From an uncultured delta proteobacterium (GTDB taxonomy: Bacteria > Desulfobacterota > WTBG01): DNA of 64,000 nucleotides. The first letter of the stretch is position 1, and every line of letters starts with the position of its first letter. The notes under the pieces are model-generated. The model was not told the DNA's origin. It saw nothing but the letters and a program-made list of their open reading frames with translations, and made no database searches. Shown here one piece after another: positions 31,922 through 41,388 of the stretch. Made by a program: the position numbers and the translations under genes. The stretch is from the NCBI GenBank assembly GCA_963793865.1, contig CAWCBP010000001.1, positions 256,001 to 320,000 on the forward strand, in the 5' to 3' direction.

Positions 31922-32710
31922 ATGACTGAAAAAAGCATGTTTGATCTTTCCGGAAGGACGGCGCTGGTCACCGCCGGCGGACGCGGCCTGGGACGCGAGT
32001 TCTGCGAGGCCATGGCCCGGTTTGGCGCCGATGTTGCCTGCAATGATATCGATCTGAAGAGTGCCCGGGAAACGGTGGCCCTGCTGGGGAAATATGGCCG
32101 GCGGGCCATTGCGGTTGCGGGTGACGTATCGCAGCCCGACCAGGTTGAGCGCATGGTCAATGAGACACTAAAGGCCTTCAATACCATCGACATCCTTTTT
32201 AACAATGCCGGCATTCCCAATCCTCCGCTCAAGATTCACGAGCTGGCCATCGCCGATTGGGACAGGGTCATGGATGTGAGCCTGCGGGGCATGTTCCTGG
32301 TGATGCGGGCGGTGCTGCCGGCGATGCTCAGGCAGAAGAAGGGGGCCATTATCAACACCGCGTCGGTTGCGGGGCTGATGGCCGGATCCGAGGAGGCATC
32401 TCTTGCAAACGCGGCCCCTTACGGGGTGGCCAAGCACGGCGTTATCGGGCTGACAAAGCACGCGGCGGTTGCCTATGCCGGGGACGGCATTCGCATCAAT
32501 GCCATCGCGCCGGGGGCGCATCTCACCTGGCCGCTTGCCGTTCCCCGGGAGGAGATGGCCAAGGTTAATGAGCGGCTTGCCCGGTATATTCCCATGGGCC
32601 GGCTGGGGAACCCAAGCGAGATACAGGGTCTGGCGGTGTATCTGGCCTCGGATGCCTCAAGTTATGTTACCGGCGCGACCTTTGTGCACGACGGCGGCTT
32701 CACTGCCTGA
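31922..32710 (+). CDS. Short-chain dehydrogenase/reductase
   Basis: TAGGRGLG, NNAG, YGVAK. Confidence 0.9.
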   Translation: MTEKSMFDLSGRTALVTAGGRGLGREFCEAMARFGADVACNDIDLKSARETVALLGKYGRRAIAVAGDVSQPDQVERMVNETLKAFNTIDILFNNAGIPNPPLKIHELAIADWDRVMDVSLRGMFLVMRAVLPAMLRQKKGAIINTASVAGLMAGSEEASLANAAPYGVAKHGVIGLTKHAAVAYAGDGIRINAIAPGAHLTWPLAVPREEMAKVNERLARYIPMGRLGNPSEIQGLAVYLASDASSYVTGATFVHDGGFTA

Positions 32711-32758
32711 TGATAATGGGTTTGGAAAATCAAGCATCCAAAGGACAAGGAGCGTACC

Positions 32759-33244
32759 ATGAAGATTGAAGGTGTTGACCGGGTGGTGGTCGCGGTTAAG
32801 GATCTGGATAAGGCAGCAGCATTCTTCTCCCGCCTGCTGGGTATTTCCTTTGAAGAGGTGACCGGCCCCATGGTGGAATCCGGCGGTGTGCGGTTCGGCG
32901 TTGGTGCGCTGCCGCCGCAGCAGTTCCCTTTGCGCATTGAGCTGATACAGCCTGTCCATCCGCTGAAGGACGTGCGCCCCCCCGACCCCAAGGCGATAGC
33001 GAAGAGGGTTGAACACGTGGATGCCGCGGTCCACGCCCTGGTTTTCAAGGTGGAGGATACCGCGGAAGCCGCCGAAGACGCGAAAAAAGCAGGGGTGCGC
33101 ATTTATGATACCATTGAGATAAAAAAGATTCCCTCCTGGGGCATCACCGATTTTAGGGAGCTGTTCGCGGAGGAGGAGGACACCCTGGGCGTCAACATGG
33201 CATTCGTGGAATTTAAGAAGGATTCTCCGGTTAAGGATGGATGA
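32759..33244 (+). CDS. VOC/glyoxalase family protein (methylmalonyl-CoA epimerase-like)
   Basis: VAVKDLDKA..FF..LLG, IELIQP, HALVFKVED. Confidence 0.75.
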   Translation: MKIEGVDRVVVAVKDLDKAAAFFSRLLGISFEEVTGPMVESGGVRFGVGALPPQQFPLRIELIQPVHPLKDVRPPDPKAIAKRVEHVDAAVHALVFKVEDTAEAAEDAKKAGVRIYDTIEIKKIPSWGITDFRELFAEEEDTLGVNMAFVEFKKDSPVKDG

Positions 33245-34218
33245 TGTCTTTAGAGAAACAGCGGCTCTTTGAACTGTACCGGAAGATGATGGTGGTGCGC
33301 GCCATGGAGGAGACCCACGCCCGGCTGCTTCAGGAAGGAACCATTTCCCTCATGGGCCATTTCGGCACCGGGCAGGAAGCGGTTGCCATTGGCGTGACCG
33401 CGCCGTTGCGCCGGGAGGATATTCTCTTCGGCACCCACCGGGGGGTGGGTGAGTTTATCGGCAAGGGAATGAACCCGAAGGATATCTGGCTGGAGTACCT
33501 GGGCAAGCGGAACTCCCCCTGCAAGGGTAAGGGGGGATTGCACCTTGCAGATAAAAAAAACAACATCCCGGGCCTGGTTCCCTGCCTGGGCTCCGATTTC
33601 TCCATGGCCGTGGGAGCCGCTCTCGCGGCCGCGATACGCAAGACCGGACAGGTGACCCTCTGCCTGGCCGGCGAGGGTACCTTTAATCAGGGCGATGCGC
33701 ATCCCTCGATGTGTATGGCTGCGCTCTGGAAGCTGCCTTTGGTATTTGCGGTATGCACCAATCAATTCTGCCAGTTTTCAGCCATGGATGAGGTGTATCC
33801 AACAAAGGACGTGGCGCCCCGGGCGGCGGGATATGGCATTCCCTACGAGATCGTGGACGGTCAGGATGTTGAAGTCACCTATGACGCGTCGCTCCGTGCG
33901 GTAGAGCATGCCCGCAGCGGCAAGGGGCCGTATCTGGTCGAATATAAAACCTTTCGCATGGCGCTCCACTATTCAGGGGATCGCGGCGGGTACGTCAACC
34001 CGGATGACCTGAAGGAGTGGGGCAAACGGGATCCCATCGAGCTGTGCCGGCGCACCATGCTGGAGAGGAATTTCTTAACCGCGGATGAAGAGAAAAAGTT
34101 GCGGGAGGACGTTCACCGCCAGGTGGCCGCGGCAGTTGACGAGGCTATGGCCGGTCCGAACCCGACGCAGGGTGATCTTTTTGCCGATGTATATGCCGGG
34201 GACGGAGCAGTATCATGA
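33241..34218 (+). CDS. ThDP-dependent dehydrogenase E1 alpha subunit (acetoin/2-oxoacid type)
   Basis: GQEA, THRG, GEG..N ThDP motif, VDGQD, GPYLVEYKTFR..H. Confidence 0.88.
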   Translation: MMSLEKQRLFELYRKMMVVRAMEETHARLLQEGTISLMGHFGTGQEAVAIGVTAPLRREDILFGTHRGVGEFIGKGMNPKDIWLEYLGKRNSPCKGKGGLHLADKKNNIPGLVPCLGSDFSMAVGAALAAAIRKTGQVTLCLAGEGTFNQGDAHPSMCMAALWKLPLVFAVCTNQFCQFSAMDEVYPTKDVAPRAAGYGIPYEIVDGQDVEVTYDASLRAVEHARSGKGPYLVEYKTFRMALHYSGDRGGYVNPDDLKEWGKRDPIELCRRTMLERNFLTADEEKKLREDVHRQVAAAVDEAMAGPNPTQGDLFADVYAGDGAVS

Positions 34219-35189
34219 CGCGTGAGCTCAGTTTTCGGGAAGCGATCACGGAAGCACTGGCAGAGGAAATGCGCCGTGATCCATGCGTGATACTGCTGGG
34301 TGAAGATGTACAGCTCAGTCTCATGGGCCAGACCGCGGGGCTGGTTGACGAGTTTGGCACAGCACGGATCATCAACACCCCGGTGGCGGAGAACGCCATT
34401 ACCGGCGTTGCCATCGGTGCCGCCATGAACGGACTGCGCCCGGTTCTGGAATTGCTGCTCTGCGACTTTGCCCTGCTGGCCATGGATCAGATCTGCAACA
34501 ATCTGGCACAGTGGCGATACGTCACCGGAGGGCAATATCCGCTGCCGGTGACCATCAGGACAACGGTGGGTGGAGGATTCGGATTGGGCTTCGGCCACTC
34601 GCAGTGTCTGGAATCAATGTTTCTTCAGGTGCCCGGTTTGATTCTGATTGAGCCCTCTACTCCCTATGATGCAAAAGGGCTTCTCACCTCAGCCATACGC
34701 AGTGATGATCCCGTGATATTCTTTGAACACAAGAAACTGTTATGGAAGGGTGAGAGAGGTGAGGTCCCCGAAGAGGAGTATGCCATTCCCTTCGGTCAGG
34801 CCGCGGTGCGCAGGGAAGGAAAGGATGTAACGGTTGCCGCCCTCGGGTGTATGGTTGGAGAAGCGCTTGCTGCTGCGCAGGAACTTGCGCGGGAAGGCAT
34901 GGAGTGCGAAGTCATCGATCTGCGGACCATCGTGCCCCTCGATACAGTTGCCCTGGTTTCCTCGCTTGAAAAGACCGGTCGAATGGTCGTTGCTGAGGAA
35001 GGACGGCTGCGGGGAGGGGTGGGTGCCGAGATAGCAGCCATGATTTGTGAGAATCACTTCACCATGCTTAAGGCACCGGTACAGCGCGTGGGAGCACCCA
35101 TGATTCCAATACCGGGCAGCCCGTGCCTGGAAAGCATGTACCTTCCCAATAAAGATGCAATTGTAAAATCAATTAAACATATTATGTAA
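34215..35189 (+). CDS. ThDP-dependent dehydrogenase E1 beta subunit
   Basis: GEDV, TPVAE, GLRPVLE, HSQ, DPVIFFEHK, IDLRTIVPLD. Confidence 0.9.
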   Translation: MTRELSFREAITEALAEEMRRDPCVILLGEDVQLSLMGQTAGLVDEFGTARIINTPVAENAITGVAIGAAMNGLRPVLELLLCDFALLAMDQICNNLAQWRYVTGGQYPLPVTIRTTVGGGFGLGFGHSQCLESMFLQVPGLILIEPSTPYDAKGLLTSAIRSDDPVIFFEHKKLLWKGERGEVPEEEYAIPFGQAAVRREGKDVTVAALGCMVGEALAAAQELAREGMECEVIDLRTIVPLDTVALVSSLEKTGRMVVAEEGRLRGGVGAEIAAMICENHFTMLKAPVQRVGAPMIPIPGSPCLESMYLPNKDAIVKSIKHIM

Positions 35190-35215
35190 GATTTTATGGG
35201 AGGAGGTAACCAACT

Positions 35216-36013
35216 ATGATGGGCAAACTGATCAGAATGGAGAGAATTTTGGATCGCAATACCAGGAAGACGGTGATTGTGCCGCTGGACCACGGTGTGA
35301 CGGTCGGGCCCATAAAAGGGCTGATCTCCATGGGCAGGACGGTTGACATGATTGCCGAGGGCGGCGCCAACGCGGTCATCGGCCACCTGGGGCTTCCCCT
35401 GCACGGCCACCGGGGTGCGGGAAAGGACATCGGACTGATGCTCCATCTGTCCGCCTCCACCTCCCTCGCTCCCGACCCCACCCACAAGGTGCTGGTCAAC
35501 ACCGTGCAGCGGGCGGTCAAGCTGGGCGCCGACGGGGTTTCGGTTCACATCAACATCGGTGCCGATGACGAAGACAAGATGCTTGAAGACCTGGGGCGGG
35601 TGGCCATTGAATGCATGGAATGGGGCATGCCGCTGCTGGCCATGATGTACCCGCGGGGATCTCAAATCGATGAGGCGCGGGAGCGGGACGTGGATCTGGT
35701 TAAGCACGCGGCCCGCGTCGGCGGCGAGCTGGGCGCGGACATTGTAAAGTGTCCCTACACGGGCAGCGCGGAAAGCTTCCGGGAGGTGGTGGAAGGCAGC
35801 CTGGTGCCGGTGGTCATCGCCGGAGGTTCAAAGACCACTGACCGGGAAACGCTGGAAATGATCGAGGGGGCGATGAAAGCCGGCGCGGCGGGCATCTCCA
35901 TGGGGAGAAACGCCTTCCAGCATGAGAACCCCACCATGCTGGTGAAGGCCGCCTGCGCCATCGTGCATCAGGGGATGTCCGTCAAGGAAGCGTTGCAACT
36001 TATTGCCTCATAA
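35216..36013 (+). CDS. DhnA-type class I aldolase; 2-amino-3,7-dideoxy-D-threo-hept-6-ulosonate synthase-like
   Basis: IVPLDHG, LHLSAST, MMYPRG, GADIVK Schiff-base Lys, AGG, GRNAFQ. Confidence 0.8.
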   Translation: MMGKLIRMERILDRNTRKTVIVPLDHGVTVGPIKGLISMGRTVDMIAEGGANAVIGHLGLPLHGHRGAGKDIGLMLHLSASTSLAPDPTHKVLVNTVQRAVKLGADGVSVHINIGADDEDKMLEDLGRVAIECMEWGMPLLAMMYPRGSQIDEARERDVDLVKHAARVGGELGADIVKCPYTGSAESFREVVEGSLVPVVIAGGSKTTDRETLEMIEGAMKAGAAGISMGRNAFQHENPTMLVKAACAIVHQGMSVKEALQLIAS

Positions 36014-36022
36014 GGAAAAAGC

Positions 36023-38284
36023 ATGAAGGTGCTACAAATCATCCGCTCATGGTCACTCGGTCTGCTCGTCATTGCATCGCTGCTTTTTTTGCGTGGCGTA
36101 TGCTGTTCACAGCCGCCCGACAATGCCGCCATCGCCTCGCCTGAAGCACTGCAAAAGACGATTTTGGACGACAAGGCCCTCCTTCAGGAGGAGATGAAAA
36201 AGGCCGAGGCATTGCTTGCCGGGTCGTCAGGAGATGAAGAGCGGAGATTCTACACGGAGCTCCTTGACCAGCTGCAAAAAATTGACATTGTCTATGAGCA
36301 GCAGCTTGTGCAAATCAAGAGATCACCGGAACTCTCCCAAACGCTTGAGAAGGTTAAAAACGAGACTGTTCAAGGACCGGACACATCGAAGGTTGAGAAG
36401 GGTTATTATCCCTTCTCGTATCTCGATGAACTGGGGAACAGGCTCTTCCTGCTGGAAGAACAGGCCGGATCTTTTGATGAGGAGCTGAAGACGGCCGATG
36501 AAGCATACCTGACAGCGCGTGATAAATTGAAGGAGAAGGAACAGGATTTTCGCCGTATCCGGGAGGATCATGAGAAGCGCAATGAGGATCCCCTGCGTTC
36601 TCCCGCCGTCATGGTTGCCCAGTGGTCCCGGCGGCTGGCTGAGGAGGAACTGGAGCTGCGGAAGCTGTTCATGGACAATGAACGGATTGAGCATACCATC
36701 CATCAGCTCAAGATTGCCCGCCAGCGGTCCCAGATAGGTGCGCTCCAGGGGCGCGTGCGCTTTACCCGCGAGGAGCTTGATGCACAACTGTCGGTCATTG
36801 ATAAGGAAATAGCCGCATTGAGAAGCCGCCTGGAGCAGGCCAAGGACAAAAAGGGGCGGGCGGAACTGAGGTGGCAGAAAGCTGCCAAGCAGCCTGCCGG
36901 GGAGGACCAGTCCCCGGCTGATGCGCAGGTGCGTGACAAGGAAATTGAGAATCTCAGGCTCTGGTATGATGCCGGCAATGCCCAGGTGATTGTAGTGGGC
37001 CAGCTGATTACTTTTCGCAATGATTTGAAGAAGATCTGGCAGTACCGCTATGAGCTTTTTCACAATACGCCCCTGGCGGACATCCCGGCATGGAAAAAGG
37101 AGATCAGCCAGGGACTGAAACAATTGGAGGAGGGTCGGCAGAAGGCGAGCGGGGTTCAGACCGGGTGCCTCAATGAGATCATTGTCAGAAATGAAGCCCT
37201 GGCATCGGCTGACAGGGCTTCAAAAACAAGCCTGTATCTGGAGGAACAGATCCGGGCCCTGAAAGAGCGGGAAGGTTTCTCGAGGGAATTCCTTGAAGCC
37301 GTCCGCAAGATGGAGTGGGAATACAAAAGACTGCTTGCCGACATTCAATCCAGGGAGTCGCGGATAAGCCTGAGGCAAAGAATAGACCGGTATGGCGTGG
37401 TCATTTCCCGCGTCTGGCGGTATGAGCTGACCTCGGTTGATGATCATCCCATCACGGTGGGGAAAATCATTACCGCCGTCCTGCTTCTTATTATCGGCTA
37501 CTTCCTGTCAAAGCTGCTTACCCTGCAGATGGGGAAACAACTCAAGCAGCGGTTTGCCGTTGATGAAGCGGCGGTCTTTGCCTGGCAGCAGATCGTACAC
37601 TACCTGCTCCTGGTCCTGCTGCTGCTCTTTGTGCTCAACCTGGTGCGGATACCGCTTACCTTCTTTACCGTGGTGGGAGGCGCACTGGCCATCGGCGTCG
37701 GTTTCGGCAGCCAGACCATCGTCAACAACTTTTTGAGCGGCCTGATCCTGATGCTCGAGCGCCCGATAAAGATCGGTGACATCGTCGAGGTGGAACAGGT
37801 GAGCGGCACGGTTGAATGGGTGGGAGCGCGGAGCACCAGGATCAAAACCTTTGATAACCTGCGGCTGGTCGTTCCCAACAGCGCCATACTGCAGAACAAG
37901 ATCATTAACTGGAGCCTGACCGATGATATCGTGAGGCGGACGGTAACGGTCGGGGTGATGTACGGATCTCCCGTCCGGCAGGTGGAGCAGTTGCTGCTGC
38001 AGGCTGCCGACGAGCAGCGGCTGGTCGAGCGCTATCCGGAGCCGCAGGTGTTTTTTGAAGACTTCGGAGACAGCGCCCTGATATTCGTGCTGCTCATATG
38101 GGTCAGCCTGGTGCGCACGGGCAAGTCTCAATCAAGCATCAGAAGGGTTGAGAGCGAGATCCGCTTCCGCGTTGACGAGCTGTTCCGCCAGGAAGGGATT
38201 ATCATTGCCTATCCCCAGCGCGACCTGCACATCGACAGTCTCAAGCCCATAGAAGTGAGACTGAAGCGGGATGATCATACCTAG
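36023..38284 (+). CDS. Mechanosensitive channel MscS family with large periplasmic coiled-coil (MscK-like)
   Basis: GALAIGVGFGSQ..NFLSGLILMLERPIKIGD, VPNS, FGDSAL, YPQRDLH. Confidence 0.88.
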   Translation: MKVLQIIRSWSLGLLVIASLLFLRGVCCSQPPDNAAIASPEALQKTILDDKALLQEEMKKAEALLAGSSGDEERRFYTELLDQLQKIDIVYEQQLVQIKRSPELSQTLEKVKNETVQGPDTSKVEKGYYPFSYLDELGNRLFLLEEQAGSFDEELKTADEAYLTARDKLKEKEQDFRRIREDHEKRNEDPLRSPAVMVAQWSRRLAEEELELRKLFMDNERIEHTIHQLKIARQRSQIGALQGRVRFTREELDAQLSVIDKEIAALRSRLEQAKDKKGRAELRWQKAAKQPAGEDQSPADAQVRDKEIENLRLWYDAGNAQVIVVGQLITFRNDLKKIWQYRYELFHNTPLADIPAWKKEISQGLKQLEEGRQKASGVQTGCLNEIIVRNEALASADRASKTSLYLEEQIRALKEREGFSREFLEAVRKMEWEYKRLLADIQSRESRISLRQRIDRYGVVISRVWRYELTSVDDHPITVGKIITAVLLLIIGYFLSKLLTLQMGKQLKQRFAVDEAAVFAWQQIVHYLLLVLLLLFVLNLVRIPLTFFTVVGGALAIGVGFGSQTIVNNFLSGLILMLERPIKIGDIVEVEQVSGTVEWVGARSTRIKTFDNLRLVVPNSAILQNKIINWSLTDDIVRRTVTVGVMYGSPVRQVEQLLLQAADEQRLVERYPEPQVFFEDFGDSALIFVLLIWVSLVRTGKSQSSIRRVESEIRFRVDELFRQEGIIIAYPQRDLHIDSLKPIEVRLKRDDHT

Positions 38285-38285
38285 C

Positions 38286-38374
38286 GGCTGTTGAAAAACA
38301 TCCATCTGATTTATGGCTCAAAAGCCCCTCCCCCTTGAGCCTTTGAAAAGCTTGTGAAAAACACTTCAACAGCC
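38286..38374. mobile_element. MITE-like element related to 16068-16192
   Basis: GGCTGTTGAAAAACATCCATCTG ... TTCAACAGCC, also right after a TAG stop. Confidence 0.55.
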
Positions 38375-38421
38375 TGCCAGCGCGCACGATCGCAGACGCG
38401 CTTTTTTAAGGGAGATGACTG

Positions 38422-39939
38422 GTGATACGAAAAGCCGGATTTGACAATGAGCTCTATCTTCGTGAGCAGACCGCCGCCATCCTGGAGCGGGTAAGGATGT
38501 TTGACAACAAGCTCTACCTGGAGTTCGGAGGCAAGCTGCTGTTTGATTACCACGCGGCCCGGGTGCTGCCGGGGTTTAAGCCCAACGTGAAAATGGAGCT
38601 TTTGCAGAAGCTCAAGGACCGGGCCGACATCATCCTCTGCATTTACGCCGGGGACATTGAGCGGAAAAAAGTGCGTGCTGATTTCGGCATCACCTATGAC
38701 GCGGACACGCTCAAGCTCATAGACGACTTGAATGAATGGGGGGTCGATATCGCCGCCGTGGTCATAACCCGCTTTGACGATCAGCCGGCGGCAAAAATAT
38801 TCAGAAACAAGCTGGAACGAAGGGGCGTTACCGTCTATGTGCACAAGTTTACCAAGGGATATCCCACGGACATCGACACCATTGTGAGCGATGAGGGCTA
38901 CGGGGCCAATCACTACATCCGGACACAAAAGCCGCTGGTGGTCGTCACCGGTCCCGGGCCGGGAAGCGGCAAGCTGGCCACCTGCCTTTCCCAGCTCTAC
39001 CATGAACACAAACGGGGCGTGAATGCCGGCTACGCGAAACTGGAGACATTCCCGGTGTGGAACCTTCCGCTCAAGCATCCCGTCAATGTCGCCTATGAGG
39101 CGGCCACCGCGGACATCATGGACTGCAACCAGATCGATCCCTTCCATCTGGAGCACCACGGGAAAACCGCCGTCAATTACAACCGGGATATTGAGGTCTT
39201 CCCGGTGCTGAAAAGTATTCTCAAGAAGATTTCCGGCACCACGTCGGTGTACCTGTCTCCCACCGACATGGGGGTGAACAAGGTGGGATCGGCAATTAGT
39301 GACGACGAGGTGGTCCAGTACGCCGCCAGGCAGGAGCTGATACGCAGATTTTTCCGCTACAACTGCGAGTACGCCATGGGACTCATGGACAGGGAAACGG
39401 CGCAGCGGGTTGAGCTGCTGATGAATGAGCTTGATGTTAAAACGGATGACAGAAAGGTTGTTGCCCTGGCCCGCCAGGCCGCGTCTGATGCCCAAAACGG
39501 AAACAAGGGCAACGAGGGTATTTTCTGCGGCGCCGCCATCGAGCTGGCCGACGGTGACATGGTCACGGGCAGCAACTCCTATCTGCTGCACGCGGCGTCA
39601 AGCCTGGTGATCAACGCCATAAAGCACCTGGCGGAAATCCCCCAGAAGATACATCTGCTTCCCCAGAACATCACCGAGTCAATCTGCAATTTCAAGACCA
39701 CCACGCTGGGCACAAAAAGCCCGAGCCTGGACCTGGAGGAAACGCTGATCACCCTGAGCATCAGCGCCATGTCCAATCCCGCGGCGCAGCTGGCCATTGA
39801 AAAGCTCAAGGACCTCAAGGACTGTGAAATGCACATGACCCACATTCCCACCCCCGGTGATGAGGCGGGCTTGAGGCGGCTGGGCATTAATGTGACCAGC
39901 GATCCCGATTTTTCCACCAAGAACCTCTTCATCAGGTAA
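38422..39939 (+). CDS. DUF1846-family protein
   Basis: KLYLEFGGKL.D.HAARVLPG, GPGSGKLATC, KLETFPVWNLPL.HPVN.AYEAATAD. Confidence 0.85.
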   Translation: MIRKAGFDNELYLREQTAAILERVRMFDNKLYLEFGGKLLFDYHAARVLPGFKPNVKMELLQKLKDRADIILCIYAGDIERKKVRADFGITYDADTLKLIDDLNEWGVDIAAVVITRFDDQPAAKIFRNKLERRGVTVYVHKFTKGYPTDIDTIVSDEGYGANHYIRTQKPLVVVTGPGPGSGKLATCLSQLYHEHKRGVNAGYAKLETFPVWNLPLKHPVNVAYEAATADIMDCNQIDPFHLEHHGKTAVNYNRDIEVFPVLKSILKKISGTTSVYLSPTDMGVNKVGSAISDDEVVQYAARQELIRRFFRYNCEYAMGLMDRETAQRVELLMNELDVKTDDRKVVALARQAASDAQNGNKGNEGIFCGAAIELADGDMVTGSNSYLLHAASSLVINAIKHLAEIPQKIHLLPQNITESICNFKTTTLGTKSPSLDLEETLITLSISAMSNPAAQLAIEKLKDLKDCEMHMTHIPTPGDEAGLRRLGINVTSDPDFSTKNLFIR

Positions 39940-39954
39940 GACAAACGGCGGCAT

Positions 39955-41388
39955 TTACTGGGTCGCCTTTCTTTCCAGGCGTGCAATAGTTTCGATGTGG
40001 GAGGTTTGAGGGAAGAGGTCTATTGCGGTGAGCGAGGCGAGGTTGTATTGCCCGCTCAGCGCCTCAAGGTCGCGGGCCAGCGTGGCCGGGTTGCAGGACA
40101 GGTAAATGATTCTGAGGGGTGCCAGTTCCAGGAGTCCCCGGATGACATGAGGCTGACAGCCCGCCCGCGGCGGATCGACAAAGACAACCAGACTGTCTGC
40201 CGGCAGCATTTTTTGAGCGCATGCCCGGCGCAGGAACCGCTCCACAGTCAGCGCATGGAACGTCACTCCCTCAATCCCGTTTGCACGGGCGTTTTCCCTC
40301 GCATCCTCAATGGCAGAATCGAGCTCATCGACGCCTATTGCCTCAGCCGCTGTAACACCTGCAAGAAGCGCCAGGACACCGGCCCCGCAGTAGAGATCGA
40401 GGACCGTCATATCTGCTTCAAGCTGCGCCTCCTGCAGCGCCCTCTCGTAGAGCAGCCGTGCCGCCCCGGTATTGACTTGCAAAAAGGACCCGGGTGACGT
40501 TGCAAGGTTGAGGCCGCAGATCACTTCCTGAAGCCTCCGGGCGCCCCACAGGTGCAGCCACCTCCGGCCGGTGACGATGCTTGTCGGTCTGGGCTGGACG
40601 TTCTGAAATATGCCCCGTATCTCCGGGCACCCCTCTGTCATCCTCCCGATGAGTTGCTCCCGGCGCGGGAAACTGTCATCGGCTGTAATAAAGGTGATAA
40701 GCGCTTCATCCGCCTCGTTGACGCGGACGAGAAGATGCTTCAGCCATCCCCGGCCGGACTTCCTATCATAGGGTTGCAGAGCAAGCTCCGGAAGGATTCG
40801 CCTGACCGCGCCGAGGATGCGGAGCGCGATGGGGGATTGAATCAGGCAGTCCTCGATGGGGACAACATCGTGGCTCCCGGGCGCGAAATATCCCGCAACC
40901 GGTTCCGCCGATTGACCTCCGAAGACAAATTGCGCGTTATTGCGATAACGCCGGCTCTCTTCTGTGTGAAGGAAATTGATGTCCGGGAACTCCGGCATCC
41001 GTCCCAGGCGCTGAATCGTCTCGCGCAGCAGGTCCTTTTTAGCTTCCCGCTGTCTCTCGGGCGGCATGTGCTGCCAGTTGCATCCGCCGCACCAGAGGCC
41101 GGTCTTCTGATATGCGAAGTGATAGGGGCAGGCGGGTATGATGCGGTGGGGCGCGCTTTCCAGCACTTTAAGAGGGATGCAGCGAAGGTAGGTTTTTTTC
41201 TCCTCAACCGGCCGCGCCAGAATGGTTTCGCCGGGCAGGGTGTAGGGGACAAAGGCGACCTTGCCCTGCAGGTCCCCCCCGGAAACGATAGGTCCCACCC
41301 CGTCTCCGTGCAGGGCCAGCCGCTTGATCTCAACCGTATGAGTATGATTGGCCGGCCCGCCGGGGCCGGCGTTTAGAGTTCCCTCCAT
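39955..41388 (-). CDS. rlmD: 23S rRNA m5U1939 methyltransferase
   Basis: TRAM-like N-terminus, CGGC Fe-S motif, FLQVN, DLYCG.G, DPPRAG, SCNPATLARD, DLFPQTSHIE. Confidence 0.88.
   Translation of the reverse strand: MEGTLNAGPGGPANHTHTVEIKRLALHGDGVGPIVSGGDLQGKVAFVPYTLPGETILARPVEEKKTYLRCIPLKVLESAPHRIIPACPYHFAYQKTGLWCGGCNWQHMPPERQREAKKDLLRETIQRLGRMPEFPDINFLHTEESRRYRNNAQFVFGGQSAEPVAGYFAPGSHDVVPIEDCLIQSPIALRILGAVRRILPELALQPYDRKSGRGWLKHLLVRVNEADEALITFITADDSFPRREQLIGRMTEGCPEIRGIFQNVQPRPTSIVTGRRWLHLWGARRLQEVICGLNLATSPGSFLQVNTGAARLLYERALQEAQLEADMTVLDLYCGAGVLALLAGVTAAEAIGVDELDSAIEDARENARANGIEGVTFHALTVERFLRRACAQKMLPADSLVVFVDPPRAGCQPHVIRGLLELAPLRIIYLSCNPATLARDLEALSGQYNLASLTAIDLFPQTSHIETIARLERKATQ

Noticed and set aside
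38311..39591. Long antisense ORFs (this one, 14988-16085, 20071-21036, 30853-31770, 41409-42398 and others)
   Set aside because: Shadows of GC-rich genes on the other strand with no recognisable motifs
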